The notes: generated by a model from the letters alone, not told the origin. A stretch of 63,995 bases of DNA, filler included, from Alloascoidea hylecoeti (GCA_001600815.1; 14 parts of 14 records of this genome joined end to end with filler, not necessarily neighbours in it), one strand, 5' to 3'; counted from the whole stretch's first letter, positions 12,716 through 23,938 are shown. Program-made: numbers and translations.

Positions 12716-13648
12716 ATGGCACTATTTGGGTACAACCCAGATAAAGAAATTAGTACAAGTGAGAGCGAATCAGTGGTGAGCGCAATGTCAGATAACCACA
12801 ACTTTGGGCATGTGCAAGGGTCTACGCCAGGACCCGCGCAATACCAACAAACGAACCAAATAAGTCCGTTTGCACCGCCACCGTTGAGAATAGAAATATT
12901 CGACGGTAAGCGAGACCCCGAATTCATAGACAATTGGTTTATGATGCTAAAACAATATTTCAGTGGATTTCCGTTGGACACAGCGGAGATACACAAAATA
13001 AAGTACGCCGCGAATTTTATGAGCAAGAGCGCGTACTCCTGGTACATGTCGTCCTACAGAGAGGACGCTAGGGAAGGATCTTTTGATGAATTTGAAGAGT
13101 TACTAAGAGAAGCCTTCTACCCGTTGGACTACATAAATACTCTAACCAGAAAATGGTTAGACCTAAGGCAAACTGGTTCGGCGGCAGAATATGTCAACCA
13201 GTACAGAGAAATATTGAGACTGCTTCCACCCAACGGTGCGGAAGCAGAATTACAAAAGTTTATCGATGGATTGAAGCCCCATCTCAGGAGTAGAATGGCG
13301 GAAGACCGCCCCGAAAACCTGAAAACCTGTATGACCAGGGCCATACGTCTGGACGAACTACGGAGCTCGTACCACGAAAGGGAAAGGCATCTACAATCGC
13401 AGCAAAGGTTCCCAAGAGCCAACTTCAACAGAAATGAAGGACGACGAGGGAATCAATTTAAATATAACAACTATGGTAATCGACGGATAGATGCGGACGG
13501 GGACACAGAAATGTCAGTGGCAGCACTGACCCCCGGTAAGAGATTGAACTGGAAGGAACTCAATCTCCTAAAGAGAGAAGGCAGATGTTTCCACTGCCAC
13601 GAGAAAGGGCACAGCAAGCAAAATTGCCCAAAAGGAAACCAATATTAA
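12716..13648 (+). CDS. gag: Gag (capsid plus CCHC zinc knuckle)
   Basis: 310-aa ORF with the retrotransposon capsid region LRQTGSAAEY..KFIDGLK and the knuckle CFHCHEKGHSKQNC. Confidence 0.93.
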   Translation: MALFGYNPDKEISTSESESVVSAMSDNHNFGHVQGSTPGPAQYQQTNQISPFAPPPLRIEIFDGKRDPEFIDNWFMMLKQYFSGFPLDTAEIHKIKYAANFMSKSAYSWYMSSYREDAREGSFDEFEELLREAFYPLDYINTLTRKWLDLRQTGSAAEYVNQYREILRLLPPNGAEAELQKFIDGLKPHLRSRMAEDRPENLKTCMTRAIRLDELRSSYHERERHLQSQQRFPRANFNRNEGRRGNQFKYNNYGNRRIDADGDTEMSVAALTPGKRLNWKELNLLKREGRCFHCHEKGHSKQNCPKGNQY

Positions 13649-16600
13649 ATAGGACCGGTAATATTGGTATAAAAGGCCCCCAGTTGTTAACGAAAAACAG
13701 ACCAACCCAGCCAAGGGNGATACCGAAGTTGGGACCAAGGGATGTAATAGTGACAACAGCTAGTACTGTAGTGCGTTGTACGAAGGGAACCCCAGAAGTA
13801 GGTCAAGATTTAGAAGAAGAAGTACCCCTGAACATGATGTTAAAGGAAATTCCCTTCCAAATTAATGGTAACATAGTGCCATGCCTTATAGATTCTGGTT
13901 GTTCCTCAATGTTAATAGATGCTCGCACTGTAGAATTGGTGGGTGCCTCAAATACAGTCCGGCAGTTGGCGGTTCCAAGGGTCCTAAACACAGCACAAGC
14001 TAGTAACGAGATGCTGGTAACAGGAGTGGTCAAATTAGAGCTAAAGTATGAAAATAGGTACTGGAAGATGGATTTCTGGGTCACAGAAGGACTCAACCAC
14101 CAAGTATATTTAGGAAGACCATTCATTTATAAAGAACAGAAAGATAAAGACCCAAAGAAGATTTTAAGCATGGAGCAGCCAGAGATCAAAGGAATAGACC
14201 TGAATAAGATAGAAAGTTATACAAAAGTAAAAGATGATGCAAAAGACAAGGCAGAAAAATTAGAAAAAAATGTTGAAAATATAAAAAACAAAAAAAATTA
14301 TAAAAACCCAAAAAGACCCACAATGGCGAGTGGAAGAAAAAATATTGATTTAGAAAAGAAACAAGATGCCGAAAGAAAAGAAGAATCAGGACCCAGAGTT
14401 AAGGGCCTGATTATAAAGGAAAATATGGCAAGAAAATATGTATATAATAATAAGGTATGTGATTTTAGTAATATGAAAAATAGAAAACCAAGCCTTGTCA
14501 CATCAAAAGAAATAGTTGAAGACAAAAAAGAGAAAGAAGAAAATAAAGAAGTNAAGATATTAAGTAAAGAAATTATGAATTTAAATAAAGAAATAAAGAA
14601 AAAGAATAATAAAGTATTTGAAGTTTTTAAAGGTTTAACCAAAATATTCACTAATCGTAGAACCTGTGAGCCCAACCTCAGAAGTAATGAACCTGAGCCA
14701 GTTAAGTGCCAAACCCTNGGGGTGACCGAATTTTTGAAGGAAATTAGACACAACAGTTGGGGACGAGTACAACTAAAAGTTGAAGACATAGGCGAAGAAC
14801 CGTTGGAAGTGAATGAAGTAATAGAATCAACCAAACCAGAACCAGACCTACCTAAATTCCTGAGCGGGTATGAAGACGTTGTGACAAATATACAACCAAA
14901 AGGGGTACCGGAAAGACAGCACCAGTTTTATCATAACATAGAGATAATGGAAGGGTCTAAACCACCGGCTAGGGCTCCTTATAGAATGTCATATAAGGAT
15001 AATGAAGAACTACAACGACAGCTAAGAGAGCNGTTGGAGAATGGGTCAATATCCAGGTCACAGTCCCCATATTCGGCACCAGTGTTATTTGTGAAGAAAA
15101 AAGATGGTAGCATGAGGTTATGTGTTGATTATAGGCTTCTGAACAACCAAACGATTAAGAATAGGTACCCTTTACCAGTAATTAATGACTTGCTAGATCA
15201 ATTACATGGTGCGAAAGTATTCTCGAAGTTAGATTTGATGTCGGGCTATCACCAAATCGTTATAAATGAAGCAGACAGAGCAAAAACAGGATTCACAACG
15301 AAAGATGGACATTTTGAATGGAATGTAATGCCGTTTGGGTTAACCAATGCCCCGGCCACCTTTCAGTACGTTATGAATGATGTGTTAGCAGAATTTAAAG
15401 GCAAATTTGTGATAGTGTATTTAGATGACATCTTGATATACTCAAGGAACGAGAAAGAGCACGAAGAACATGTGAAACTGGTATTGGAGAAACTTAGAGC
15501 CAACAAGTTACGAGCGAAGAAGAAGAAATGTGCATTTATGTTGAAGGAATTAGACTTTTTAGGACATAAAATCACCAGTAATGGGATAATGCCGGATGAC
15601 AAAAAGGTGGCCACCATTAGGGAATGGCCAGTACCCAAAAGTGATAAAGAAGCACAATCATTTCTAGGACTAGCAAACTACTACAGAAGATTTATCGCAC
15701 AGTACTCGAAGATAGCAAAGCCAATGATAGAATTCGCGAACAAAGCCAAAGAGTGGGACGGAGATTGCGACATAGCTTTTGAAGAACTAAAGCAGAAATT
15801 GTCATCGGAACCAATTTTAGTAGTACCACAAATACCACAACAAGGCGATAGAGTATTTATAGTGACTACAGACGCTTGCGATATATCATTAGGGGCCACA
15901 CTAGAGGAAAANACAATAGACGGTAAACTGATAGGAGTAGTGGGTTACGCGTCAAAGAAACTACAGAAAGCAGAACTGAATTATCCAACAAGGGAGAAAG
16001 AATTTATGGCGGTAGTGTTCGCACTGAAGGAGTGGGAATATTACTTGAAGGACAACCACTTTGTGTTACAGACAGATCATAATTCCTTACAATATATTCA
16101 TCAACAAAAGCAACTGAACAAAAGCAGAATTGCTAGATGGATAGACTTCCTGGCGGAATTTAATTTTACCATTAAATATATACCTGGTAAAACCAACTCA
16201 GCAGCAGATGCCTTAAGTAGAGTAAACTTTGAAGTGAACGCGACGGAACTTAGTACAGTAGAGGCTAACCAAGAACTAGTAGAAGAAATCAAGAAACAGT
16301 ACNAAAACGATAGAGACTTTGCGGAAATTTATGACATTTTAAAGAACAAGAAAGAAGTACCGACGAAAATGAATGCTTATATTAGACATTATTCAATAAT
16401 TGAAGGATTGCTTGTATTCAATACTACCATAGGGGATGACGATGAAGGAAGAATTTGTGTGCCAGACACGCCCAATGGCCAAGTGAAACAGAAAATCATG
16501 AAGTTGGGACACGATTCACCCCTAAGTGGACACTTTGGATACTACAAGACATACTTACTGATCGCTAAGAAATACTACTGGAAAAATATGTTCAAACAGA

Positions 16601-17808
16601 TTAAAAGATATATTAATAAGTGCTATACATGCCAAACCGTTAAGTCAACCACGAGAGCCACGCAAGGTCTATTAATGCCCTTACCGATACCAAAAGAAAG
16701 ATGGGAACAAATATCAATGGATTTTGTTACAGGTATCCCGAAGAATAAGAAGGGACATAATGCTATTTTTGTTGTTATAGATAGACTAACAAAGCGAGGA
16801 CACTTTATTGCCACAAGCAAAGAATTAACGGGGGAGGGGGCAGCAAAATTGTTCGTAGAACAGATTTTCCGCCTGCATGGTACACCAAAGAACATAATTT
16901 CAGATAGAGACATTCGATTTTTAGGAGCCTTTTGGAGAACAATACACGAATTACTGGGAACAGTATTAGACTTTTCAACAGTTAACCACCCTGACACGGA
17001 TGGCCAGACGGAGAGACTAAACAAGATCTTGAACCAGTTATTGAGAGCGTATGTGAACAAGGAAAACGACGACTGGGAAGAGTACCTACCAATATTGGAA
17101 TTNGCGTACAACAGTAGCTACCAGAAATCGATCAATTGTTCACCATTCATGGCAGAACTAGGTTATGAACCAGCAGACCCCAGAGAATTCGAAACAGTTA
17201 GCTTAACGAGGAAATCAATGTCAGCAGAGGAAAAAGTAGAGAAAATGAAGGCAATCTTACAGAGAATTAGGGACCATATGGCGGATGCTCAAAAAGAACA
17301 AGAAGAACAGACAAACAAGAAAAGAAGAGCAAATAGTTATAAAGCAGGAGATTGGGTATTAATAGATAGAAAAAACAAAGGTATTCCAGCAGAGAACAAG
17401 AAATTGAGGCCAGTTTATGAAGGACCATACGAGATAATAAATGTGATGAACGAGAATACATACCAAGTAGACTTCAGAACAATAAAGAACCGATGGCGCA
17501 ACATTAACATAAAATGGCTCAAGGAATACAATAACGCCCAAGATTATAACAAAGTACCACCAAAGACTCCTAAGGAAATTANAGAAAGAATAAGTGAAAT
17601 GAAAAATTTGATTAAGTATAATGAATTAACCCGAACTAGCACAGTAACCTGGACGGATTGTGATCCCCATGCCCCATCAGAAATAACCTTTAGAGAATTC
17701 GAACTAGCACCAGAGAAATTGAAGAATCAAATGAAGACAAGGTATTACGACGAGTTCCTGAGGAAGAAAGTTGAGCAGAATAGGGAGGATAGGACGAGGA
17801 CGTCCTAG
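13627..17808 (+). CDS. pol: Pol polyprotein (aspartic protease, RT, RNase H, integrase) in the -1 frame relative to gag
   Basis: LIDSGC (PR), YLDD (RT), TTDAC (RH), H..H..CYTC, SMDF/SDRD/QTERLN (IN DDE), GPY module; overlaps the gag 3' end in the -1 frame. Confidence 0.95.
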   Translation, partial: PKRKPILNRTGNIGIKGPQLLTKNRPTQPRXIPKLGPRDVIVTTASTVVRCTKGTPEVGQDLEEEVPLNMMLKEIPFQINGNIVPCLIDSGCSSMLIDARTVELVGASNTVRQLAVPRVLNTAQASNEMLVTGVVKLELKYENRYWKMDFWVTEGLNHQVYLGRPFIYKEQKDKDPKKILSMEQPEIKGIDLNKIESYTKVKDDAKDKAEKLEKNVENIKNKKNYKNPKRPTMASGRKNIDLEKKQDAERKEESGPRVKGLIIKENMARKYVYNNKVCDFSNMKNRKPSLVTSKEIVEDKKEKEENKEXKILSKEIMNLNKEIKKKNNKVFEVFKGLTKIFTNRRTCEPNLRSNEPEPVKCQTXGVTEFLKEIRHNSWGRVQLKVEDIGEEPLEVNEVIESTKPEPDLPKFLSGYEDVVTNIQPKGVPERQHQFYHNIEIMEGSKPPARAPYRMSYKDNEELQRQLREXLENGSISRSQSPYSAPVLFVKKKDGSMRLCVDYRLLNNQTIKNRYPLPVINDLLDQLHGAKVFSKLDLMSGYHQIVINEADRAKTGFTTKDGHFEWNVMPFGLTNAPATFQYVMNDVLAEFKGKFVIVYLDDILIYSRNEKEHEEHVKLVLEKLRANKLRAKKKKCAFMLKELDFLGHKITSNGIMPDDKKVATIREWPVPKSDKEAQSFLGLANYYRRFIAQYSKIAKPMIEFANKAKEWDGDCDIAFEELKQKLSSEPILVVPQIPQQGDRVFIVTTDACDISLGATLEEXTIDGKLIGVVGYASKKLQKAELNYPTREKEFMAVVFALKEWEYYLKDNHFVLQTDHNSLQYIHQQKQLNKSRIARWIDFLAEFNFTIKYIPGKTNSAADALSRVNFEVNATELSTVEANQELVEEIKKQYXNDRDFAEIYDILKNKKEVPTKMNAYIRHYSIIEGLLVFNTTIGDDDEGRICVPDTPNGQVKQKIMKLGHDSPLSGHFGYYKTYLLIAKKYYWKNMFKQIKRYINKCYTCQTVKSTTRATQGLLMPLPIPKERWEQISMDFVTGIPKNKKGHNAIFVVIDRLTKRGHFIATSKELTGEGAAKLFVEQIFRLHGTPKNIISDRDIRFLGAFWRTIHELLGTVLDFSTVNHPDTDGQTERLNKILNQLLRAYVNKENDDWEEYLPILEXAYNSSYQKSINCSPFMAELGYEPADPREFETVSLTRKSMSAEEKVEKMKAILQRIRDHMADAQKEQEEQTNKKRRANSYKAGDWVLIDRKNKGIPAENKKLRPVYEGPYEIINVMNENTYQVDFRTIKNRWRNINIKWLKEYNNAQDYNKVPPKTPKEIXERISEMKNLIKYNELTRTSTVTWTDCDPHAPSEITFREFELAPEKLKNQMKTRYYDEFLRKKVEQNREDRTRTS

Positions 17809-19232
17809 TTTAAAAGGGAGGAGTGTATGAGAAGTAAATCAGAAAAACAGATTCTCAACAGTTCCACGAATTTATAATTTATATTGGCCGAAATTTAGTC
17901 AAAGTTAGAAAAGTATTCNNNNNNNNNNNNNNNNNNNNNNNNNNNNNNNNNNNNNNNNNNNNTTAATTAATTAANNNNNNNNNNNNNNNNNNNNNNNNNN
18001 NNNNNNNNNNNNNNNNNNTGGATCTTTTCTTCTTTGATATTTTCATGGTCCTCCTGATCTTTAATGATATCCTGCCTGTATCATAATTCAGTTATTGCTT
18101 TCTTTAATAGACTATAGTCATGTCTTAAAAACAATATTTATATGATCAATGATCTTTCATTAAAGGAATGTTGAATATTGCTAACATGTTCTTAAGCATC
18201 CTCGTCATCTGAATATGAAGAGGCTGATCATGTATTAAGTGTTTGAAACATTTGATTCAAAATCGATGAAAACTGTTGATTTATGATTTCAGCTAGCTTT
18301 GCAATATCTTCTGAATTCATATCTTGAATAATATCTAAATTGATGTCCGAGGATCTTCACTACTAAACTTACAATATGTTGAATCAATGAATAACAAACT
18401 TATATTTTTTCTTGTTTTAACCGTCTCTCCCTCTCTTTACAAAAAGTGGAAATCCACCTATATATCTAATAAATTAATTCAACTATATTAGAAAACATGA
18501 GATATGTGCACATAACTAATCAAATCATGTAAATAATATAATAATAATCACCCATATCTTTTAATATAAACTATTATAAAGATTTTCTAAATCATTTGGA
18601 ATTGAAGTTTTAATATCATTTTTATTTAAATAATTTTGTAATTGATTAATTGATATCCTAGAATACCGATTTTAAGTAAATTAGCAAAAATTTTTGGAGC
18701 TCTCTCTTTTATAAATAGATAATAAACATTTTTTAAAATAGATTATGGATATAAAATCACACTATGTAATATAAAAGAGCGCTTCATATCAACTCGTACT
18801 TATAAGTAACATAAGCCCCCAATTCCCTGTGAATGTGATCGGTAAATCAGTGGAGAGTGTGATATTATATTTCCTTTGGCGATATAGATGATCCCCTCGT
18901 TATTTGATGTTACTTTCATCCCCGAAAGAGGCCTATTAGCTGTGTGTTATGAGTGTATAAATTTATCATTTTACCTTGTAGATCGATGGATCACCCATTG
19001 CTGTTTGGGCAAGCTTCATTGTGAATGCCAACAGAATAACACCAGTTATGCATGGGGGGATACCTTATACATTACGTAGACTGATATTTGATCCGAATAT
19101 TTAATCATCATTTGGCCTAATAAGTAATTTGAATAGTGGCCGAAATACAAGTGGAAACAATCTACAAATAATACATCACGTGTGTAAAATATTACCCGAT
19201 TATTATGTAACATTTTAATTTAATCTCATTTT

Positions 19233-19244
19233 ACGCGTCGCGTA
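19233..19244. promoter_or_regulatory. Tandem MCB (MBF) cell-cycle elements upstream of REV1; a TCACGTG (Cbf1-type) site lies at 19176-19182
   Basis: ACGCGTCGCGTA = ACGCGT plus ACGCGA on the minus strand, ~40 bp upstream of the ATG in very AT-rich DNA. Confidence 0.6.
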
Positions 19245-19280
19245 TCTTAGAAGATAAAAAAAATAAAATGCTTGCTTATT

Positions 19281-22200
19281 ATGGGGATTTCTCAGAATCC
19301 AATTAGTAGTGATTGTGATCTTTGGCCATCCTTCTTTGAGCTTTCTGATCTTAGCCAGCTTGAAGAAGAAATTTCTAAAGAGGCATCAGACAACTTAGTT
19401 AATACCACCAACCTTGGACCCATCCATTCTGAACTTGAGATTAAACATAATAATGATCACGTTCTTAATTTGGCCAGTGGTGGCATAATACAAGAAGATG
19501 AAACGGAAGATCTACACCCCCAAGATTTAACTGATCAGGATGAAATAACTTCAGGTAATGAATCATTAGACTCGGAAAATTCAGAATTTGATCCTATAGG
19601 GTTTGGAGATTTTGGCAAGTACTTCAATAATAAACTAAAAAAACAACAAAATAAAGATGATCAGACCAAAAAAATAGACTTGATGATGTTAAAGCGACGG
19701 GTAGAAAATCAAGGCTCCAAATTTACCAAAAAAACATTAAAAGATTTAAGACCTCAAATATTCAAAGGAGTTTCAATTTACGTTAATGGATATACAAATC
19801 CTTCCATTCAGGAACTTCATAGGTTGGTTGTAATTTATGGTGGAGTGTTTATATCATATCTATCCAAGAAAACTTCTGTTACACATATTATCGCTTCTAG
19901 ATTAACTCCAAAGAAAAGAATTGAATTTTCTAAATATAAAGTTGTGAAACCCGAATGGATAACAAAATCAATTGAATCTAAAACTCTTTTGTCTTGGTTA
20001 GACTTTAAATTAATTGATAATGACATCTCACAAGACAGGTTAGATACACTTATTCATAAATCAAAACTTATTCATAAACCCATTAACAATGTCCGATCAA
20101 AAACCACTAACAACGATGTATTTACACAAAATGGATCAAGAAAATATAACAATCAAGCATTAATTAGAGGAGGCGCAGAAGAAGTATTGATTTCTTCGTT
20201 AGGCTCAGGTTCAGGACCAGATGATTCAAACAGATTAGAAGAAAATCTAGTAGACGTTAATGATTCTAATGATATCGGTAAGAATCCGATCCTTGATTGT
20301 ACTGATCCCCAATTCATTAAAAACTATTTTGCTCGCTCANGACTACATCATCTAAGCAATTGGAAATCTGAACTTAAAACACAATTTCAACAACTTGCAC
20401 TAAAGAAATATAAATNTTCACAATCACAATTACAGAATCATAATAATTTTTCTACTGTGAAACATAGAGTTATATTTCATATTGATTTTGACTGCTTTTT
20501 TGCTACTGTCTCTTCTTTTTCCAGACCAGATCTTAATCCAAAAATTATCCCAATTTGTGTCAGCAATGGAACAAAAAATTCTGATATTGCAAGTTGTAAC
20601 TATGTTGCAAGAGAATTTGGTGTAAAAAATGGAATGTGGGTTTCTAAGGCCAAACAATTATGCCCTCAACTTGTATGCTTGGATTATGAGTTTAATGATT
20701 ATGAAAAGGCATCTAAACAATTTTATAATATTTTGTTAGATTTAGATGCAGATTCAGTATTTCCTGTGTCTATTGATGAGGCATTAGTAGATGTGACTTC
20801 ACTTTGTAATGAAGAGATAAATTATGAATATACAGACGATGTTGATGAAGATGACGAACTTTTTCAAATATCTCGGCAATTTGAGATGAAAGTGTCATTA
20901 CTAGCAAAAAATATCCGTTCCAAAGTAAAGTCAATAACAAAATGTGATGTTAGTATTGGAGCAGGCCCAAATATTTTATTAGCCAAATTAGCTCTTAAAA
21001 GAGCTAAACCAAATGGCCAGATTTCTATGTTTCAATCTTCTGAAATTAAAAAACATTTGGAGCAACTTTCTGTTCAGGATCTTCCTGGATCGGGTCGTAG
21101 TATTAAACAAAGGCTAATTGAAGTTTTCAAGAAAAATACTGGTTCTACAACGTTTACTGTTGGTGAATTGAAAAGCATTGAAAAGAATCGACTTATTACA
21201 GAATTTGGGAATAAAACAGGGCTGAAACTTTGGGAATATGCACGAGGTATTGATGATACTAAAACCCCCAATATTCTTGATAGGAAAAGCGTAAGCTGTG
21301 ATGTTAATTGGGGGGTAAGATTTACTACTATGGAACAGATTGATATTTTTTTAACAAATCTTGCAAAGGAATTATCAGAAAGATTAAATAAACTATCATT
21401 AATTGGATCTCATTTAACTTTAAGGTTATTTAAAAGGAAACAGAATATCAGTTATGAAACACCAAAATATTTAGGTCATGGGGAATGCGATATATTTTCG
21501 AAAAGTTCAAGATTAGGGGTGGCGACGAATGAATGGAGAATTATTTCAAGCGAATCAAAATCTTTGATAAGAATGCTTGCTTGTCCTCCTAAAGAATTAC
21601 GAGGTATTGGACTCCATATTTCCAAATTAAATGATGTTAATTCAAACGACCTAGCTAAAGGTCAAAAAAAATTAAATTTTAAAGTTGCTCAACCCCCAGA
21701 TACCAATACAACCATAACGTTTCCCATTTCAAAAGTTCCAAAAATTCCAAAAATTCCAACAGTTCCAAAAGTTTTGAAACCCTTAAAACATTTGCATCNT
21801 ACTTCTCATGAAGAGGACAGTATACCTGGAACTCAATATGAAATTCCAAATGTTATTGATGAAAGTGTTCTTAATGAACTTCCAAGTTCCATTCAAAACA
21901 AAATTAGAAAAGGTGTGGANAAATCCAAATCAGTTACAAACTCTCCCCATTCAAATTCTTTGATAGCGCAACCTNTTTCCAACAATAATTCAGTAATTCC
22001 ATTTCCCGATTTATCAGCAATAGATTGGTCTGTTTTTGACGAATTACCAAATGATATTAAACAGGAATTAGAGAAACAATACAGACAAATCGCACCTAGA
22101 CCAAGCACCAGTGACAGTGCTTCTATTAATATTGATCGAATGGGGAATCGAAAACAAAAGAAGGACTCACCAGGTAAAACAATTTATTTTCAACAATTAA

Positions 22201-23123
22201 TCTCAGCCAAAGGGGATATACCGGAAGTAGTTCGGGTGGTTTCTCCTGCTCATAAGAGGAGAAAATTAGGAACTAATTCAAAAAACAACTCCCCTTCTAA
22301 AAATAGGATACAATCAGGTCCAGGGGTATTTCCAATTGCAAAGCAGAAAGATTTAGATTATGATCTGAATATAAATGAAAGTGAAGAGTTATTAAAATTA
22401 GATTTGGATACTTTAAACGAGTTGCCCCCGACTTTAAGAGCAGAGATATTAAAGGATTGGCAAAGTCATGAACAAGAACAATTACGTTTATACAATACTA
22501 ATAAAAATCAGAAGAATCAAAAAGCCGAAAGTATAAAAGATGTTTTAAATGGAAATAGAACTAATGATGAAACCAGCAAGGGATTCAAAGGTCCTTCAAA
22601 AAACTTGGAATATCTATCTACCCAAGTCAGAAAAATTTATGAGAAAAAGGATGAGCCGATTGATATAACAATTGAAGAATACACAAGCTATAAAGGTCTA
22701 CAGGAACCAGTAAGTTTTCAAGGATTAACTAACATTNATGAAATTCAAAAATTGGTAGAACAATGGTTTGAGAGCTCAATGAAGGACGAAAATGATGGTC
22801 CAGAGAAATCTGACACTGATATGTTTCTTTCTTATTTAAATAGACTTCTAAATGACTCTGATAATAAAGGTGAAGACACAGAAGATGAAGATGACTATGA
22901 TCAAATTGGGTTAGGAAATGCTATCCAATTAACCCAATTTTTAATGACCCTCCATAATTGTGAATCTCGCGGAATTGAGAGACATTCACAATATGATGGT
23001 GAAGTTTTAATCGATGAAGTATTAAAACTTCGAAATTGGAATAAAATTATTTCATTCATGAAAGAAATGATTTTAAACTATTGTAAAAAACATTTAATAA
23101 TATGTAATATATCTATAGACTAA
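19281..23123 (+). CDS. REV1: Rev1 translesion deoxycytidyl transferase, full length
   Basis: BRCT (IFKGVSIYVNGYT..W), SRLHHLS, HIDFDCFF, NYVAREFGVKNGM, SIDE, ubiquitin-binding UBM-like ELP repeats; first in-frame ATG at 19281. Confidence 0.97.
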   Translation: MGISQNPISSDCDLWPSFFELSDLSQLEEEISKEASDNLVNTTNLGPIHSELEIKHNNDHVLNLASGGIIQEDETEDLHPQDLTDQDEITSGNESLDSENSEFDPIGFGDFGKYFNNKLKKQQNKDDQTKKIDLMMLKRRVENQGSKFTKKTLKDLRPQIFKGVSIYVNGYTNPSIQELHRLVVIYGGVFISYLSKKTSVTHIIASRLTPKKRIEFSKYKVVKPEWITKSIESKTLLSWLDFKLIDNDISQDRLDTLIHKSKLIHKPINNVRSKTTNNDVFTQNGSRKYNNQALIRGGAEEVLISSLGSGSGPDDSNRLEENLVDVNDSNDIGKNPILDCTDPQFIKNYFARSXLHHLSNWKSELKTQFQQLALKKYKXSQSQLQNHNNFSTVKHRVIFHIDFDCFFATVSSFSRPDLNPKIIPICVSNGTKNSDIASCNYVAREFGVKNGMWVSKAKQLCPQLVCLDYEFNDYEKASKQFYNILLDLDADSVFPVSIDEALVDVTSLCNEEINYEYTDDVDEDDELFQISRQFEMKVSLLAKNIRSKVKSITKCDVSIGAGPNILLAKLALKRAKPNGQISMFQSSEIKKHLEQLSVQDLPGSGRSIKQRLIEVFKKNTGSTTFTVGELKSIEKNRLITEFGNKTGLKLWEYARGIDDTKTPNILDRKSVSCDVNWGVRFTTMEQIDIFLTNLAKELSERLNKLSLIGSHLTLRLFKRKQNISYETPKYLGHGECDIFSKSSRLGVATNEWRIISSESKSLIRMLACPPKELRGIGLHISKLNDVNSNDLAKGQKKLNFKVAQPPDTNTTITFPISKVPKIPKIPTVPKVLKPLKHLHXTSHEEDSIPGTQYEIPNVIDESVLNELPSSIQNKIRKGVXKSKSVTNSPHSNSLIAQPXSNNNSVIPFPDLSAIDWSVFDELPNDIKQELEKQYRQIAPRPSTSDSASINIDRMGNRKQKKDSPGKTIYFQQLISAKGDIPEVVRVVSPAHKRRKLGTNSKNNSPSKNRIQSGPGVFPIAKQKDLDYDLNINESEELLKLDLDTLNELPPTLRAEILKDWQSHEQEQLRLYNTNKNQKNQKAESIKDVLNGNRTNDETSKGFKGPSKNLEYLSTQVRKIYEKKDEPIDITIEEYTSYKGLQEPVSFQGLTNIXEIQKLVEQWFESSMKDENDGPEKSDTDMFLSYLNRLLNDSDNKGEDTEDEDDYDQIGLGNAIQLTQFLMTLHNCESRGIERHSQYDGEVLIDEVLKLRNWNKIISFMKEMILNYCKKHLIICNISID

Positions 23124-23801
23124 TAAATAAAATTTAGACTCATTATATAAAACTCGAAGCTATAATGACAAGATTATATAAAATAACCTAATATTAATTA
23201 TTTATGTTAATTTCAACTCATACCTATAAATTGATATGTANNNNNNNNNNNNNNNNNNNNNNNNNNNNNNNNNNNNNNNNNNNNTTAATTAATTAANNNN
23301 NNNNNNNNNNNNNNNNNNNNNNNNNNNNNNNNNNNNNNNNAATATCTCTTAAGTATAAAACACCTTTCAAATTAAAGAGTAAGTAGGCCTAAAGAGTACA
23401 TGGAAGTTTATGGAAACCTCCTAGATTTTGATATTTATTTCCACGTTACCAGTTGTTTTTTTAGTATTCTACTACATAAATTAATATTATATTATCAAAT
23501 TTTGAGGAATCACTAAAATATTTACGGCTACTATTCAGAGAAATATCATCTACAACTGGGATTGTAATTTGTTAATCTTCACAACTGACATAATGAGATG
23601 AAGCAAGGATCAATGACAATGAGATGAAACATCATCAATGGAGTTAGCCTCACATCGTTTATGCTTTAATAACCCCAAGCCTAGACTCATCTTAGCCTTA
23701 AATAGTGTGTTATATTATCTTAATTAACCTAATCTCATTTCACATTAAGCTGGTATAGCATGTATTATATATAGTTTTAAATTGTAATATTAAACTAATA
23801 C

Positions 23802-23938
23802 TGTCAGGTTCTCAGGTATCAATTGTAACTTAAAGTATAGCTACCCGGCTATGAAAGCCTATATAAATAGTAAGTAGTTTCCTCTTTTTATAAGATAAGT
23901 TATTTTCACTTCAGCTAAATTATCGCTATATCCTTACA
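23802..23938 (+). mobile_element. Short solo LTR (137 bp)
   Basis: TGTCAGG...CCTTACA termini, 5-bp direct repeat AATAC on both flanks, internal TATATAAATAG. Confidence 0.7.

Larger units (their letters stand above)
12569..17918 (+). mobile_element. Ty3/gypsy LTR retrotransposon, internal region complete, both LTRs truncated by contig ends
   Basis: PBS TGGTAGCG 12666-12673, gag, pol in PR-RT-RH-IN order, PPT AAAAGGGAGGAG ~17812-17823, 3' LTR starting TGT at 17824. Confidence 0.97.

Noticed and set aside
18765..19079. GC-richer block and 63-aa ORF upstream of REV1, considered as an LTR or small gene
   Set aside because: No TSD and no recognisable motif; its second copy is just the allelic contig
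6943..21721. Apparent giant inverted repeat of REV1 flanking a retrotransposon
   Set aside because: The copies are on different contigs, overlap end to end and differ at only about two seen SNPs; best explained as allelic haplotigs
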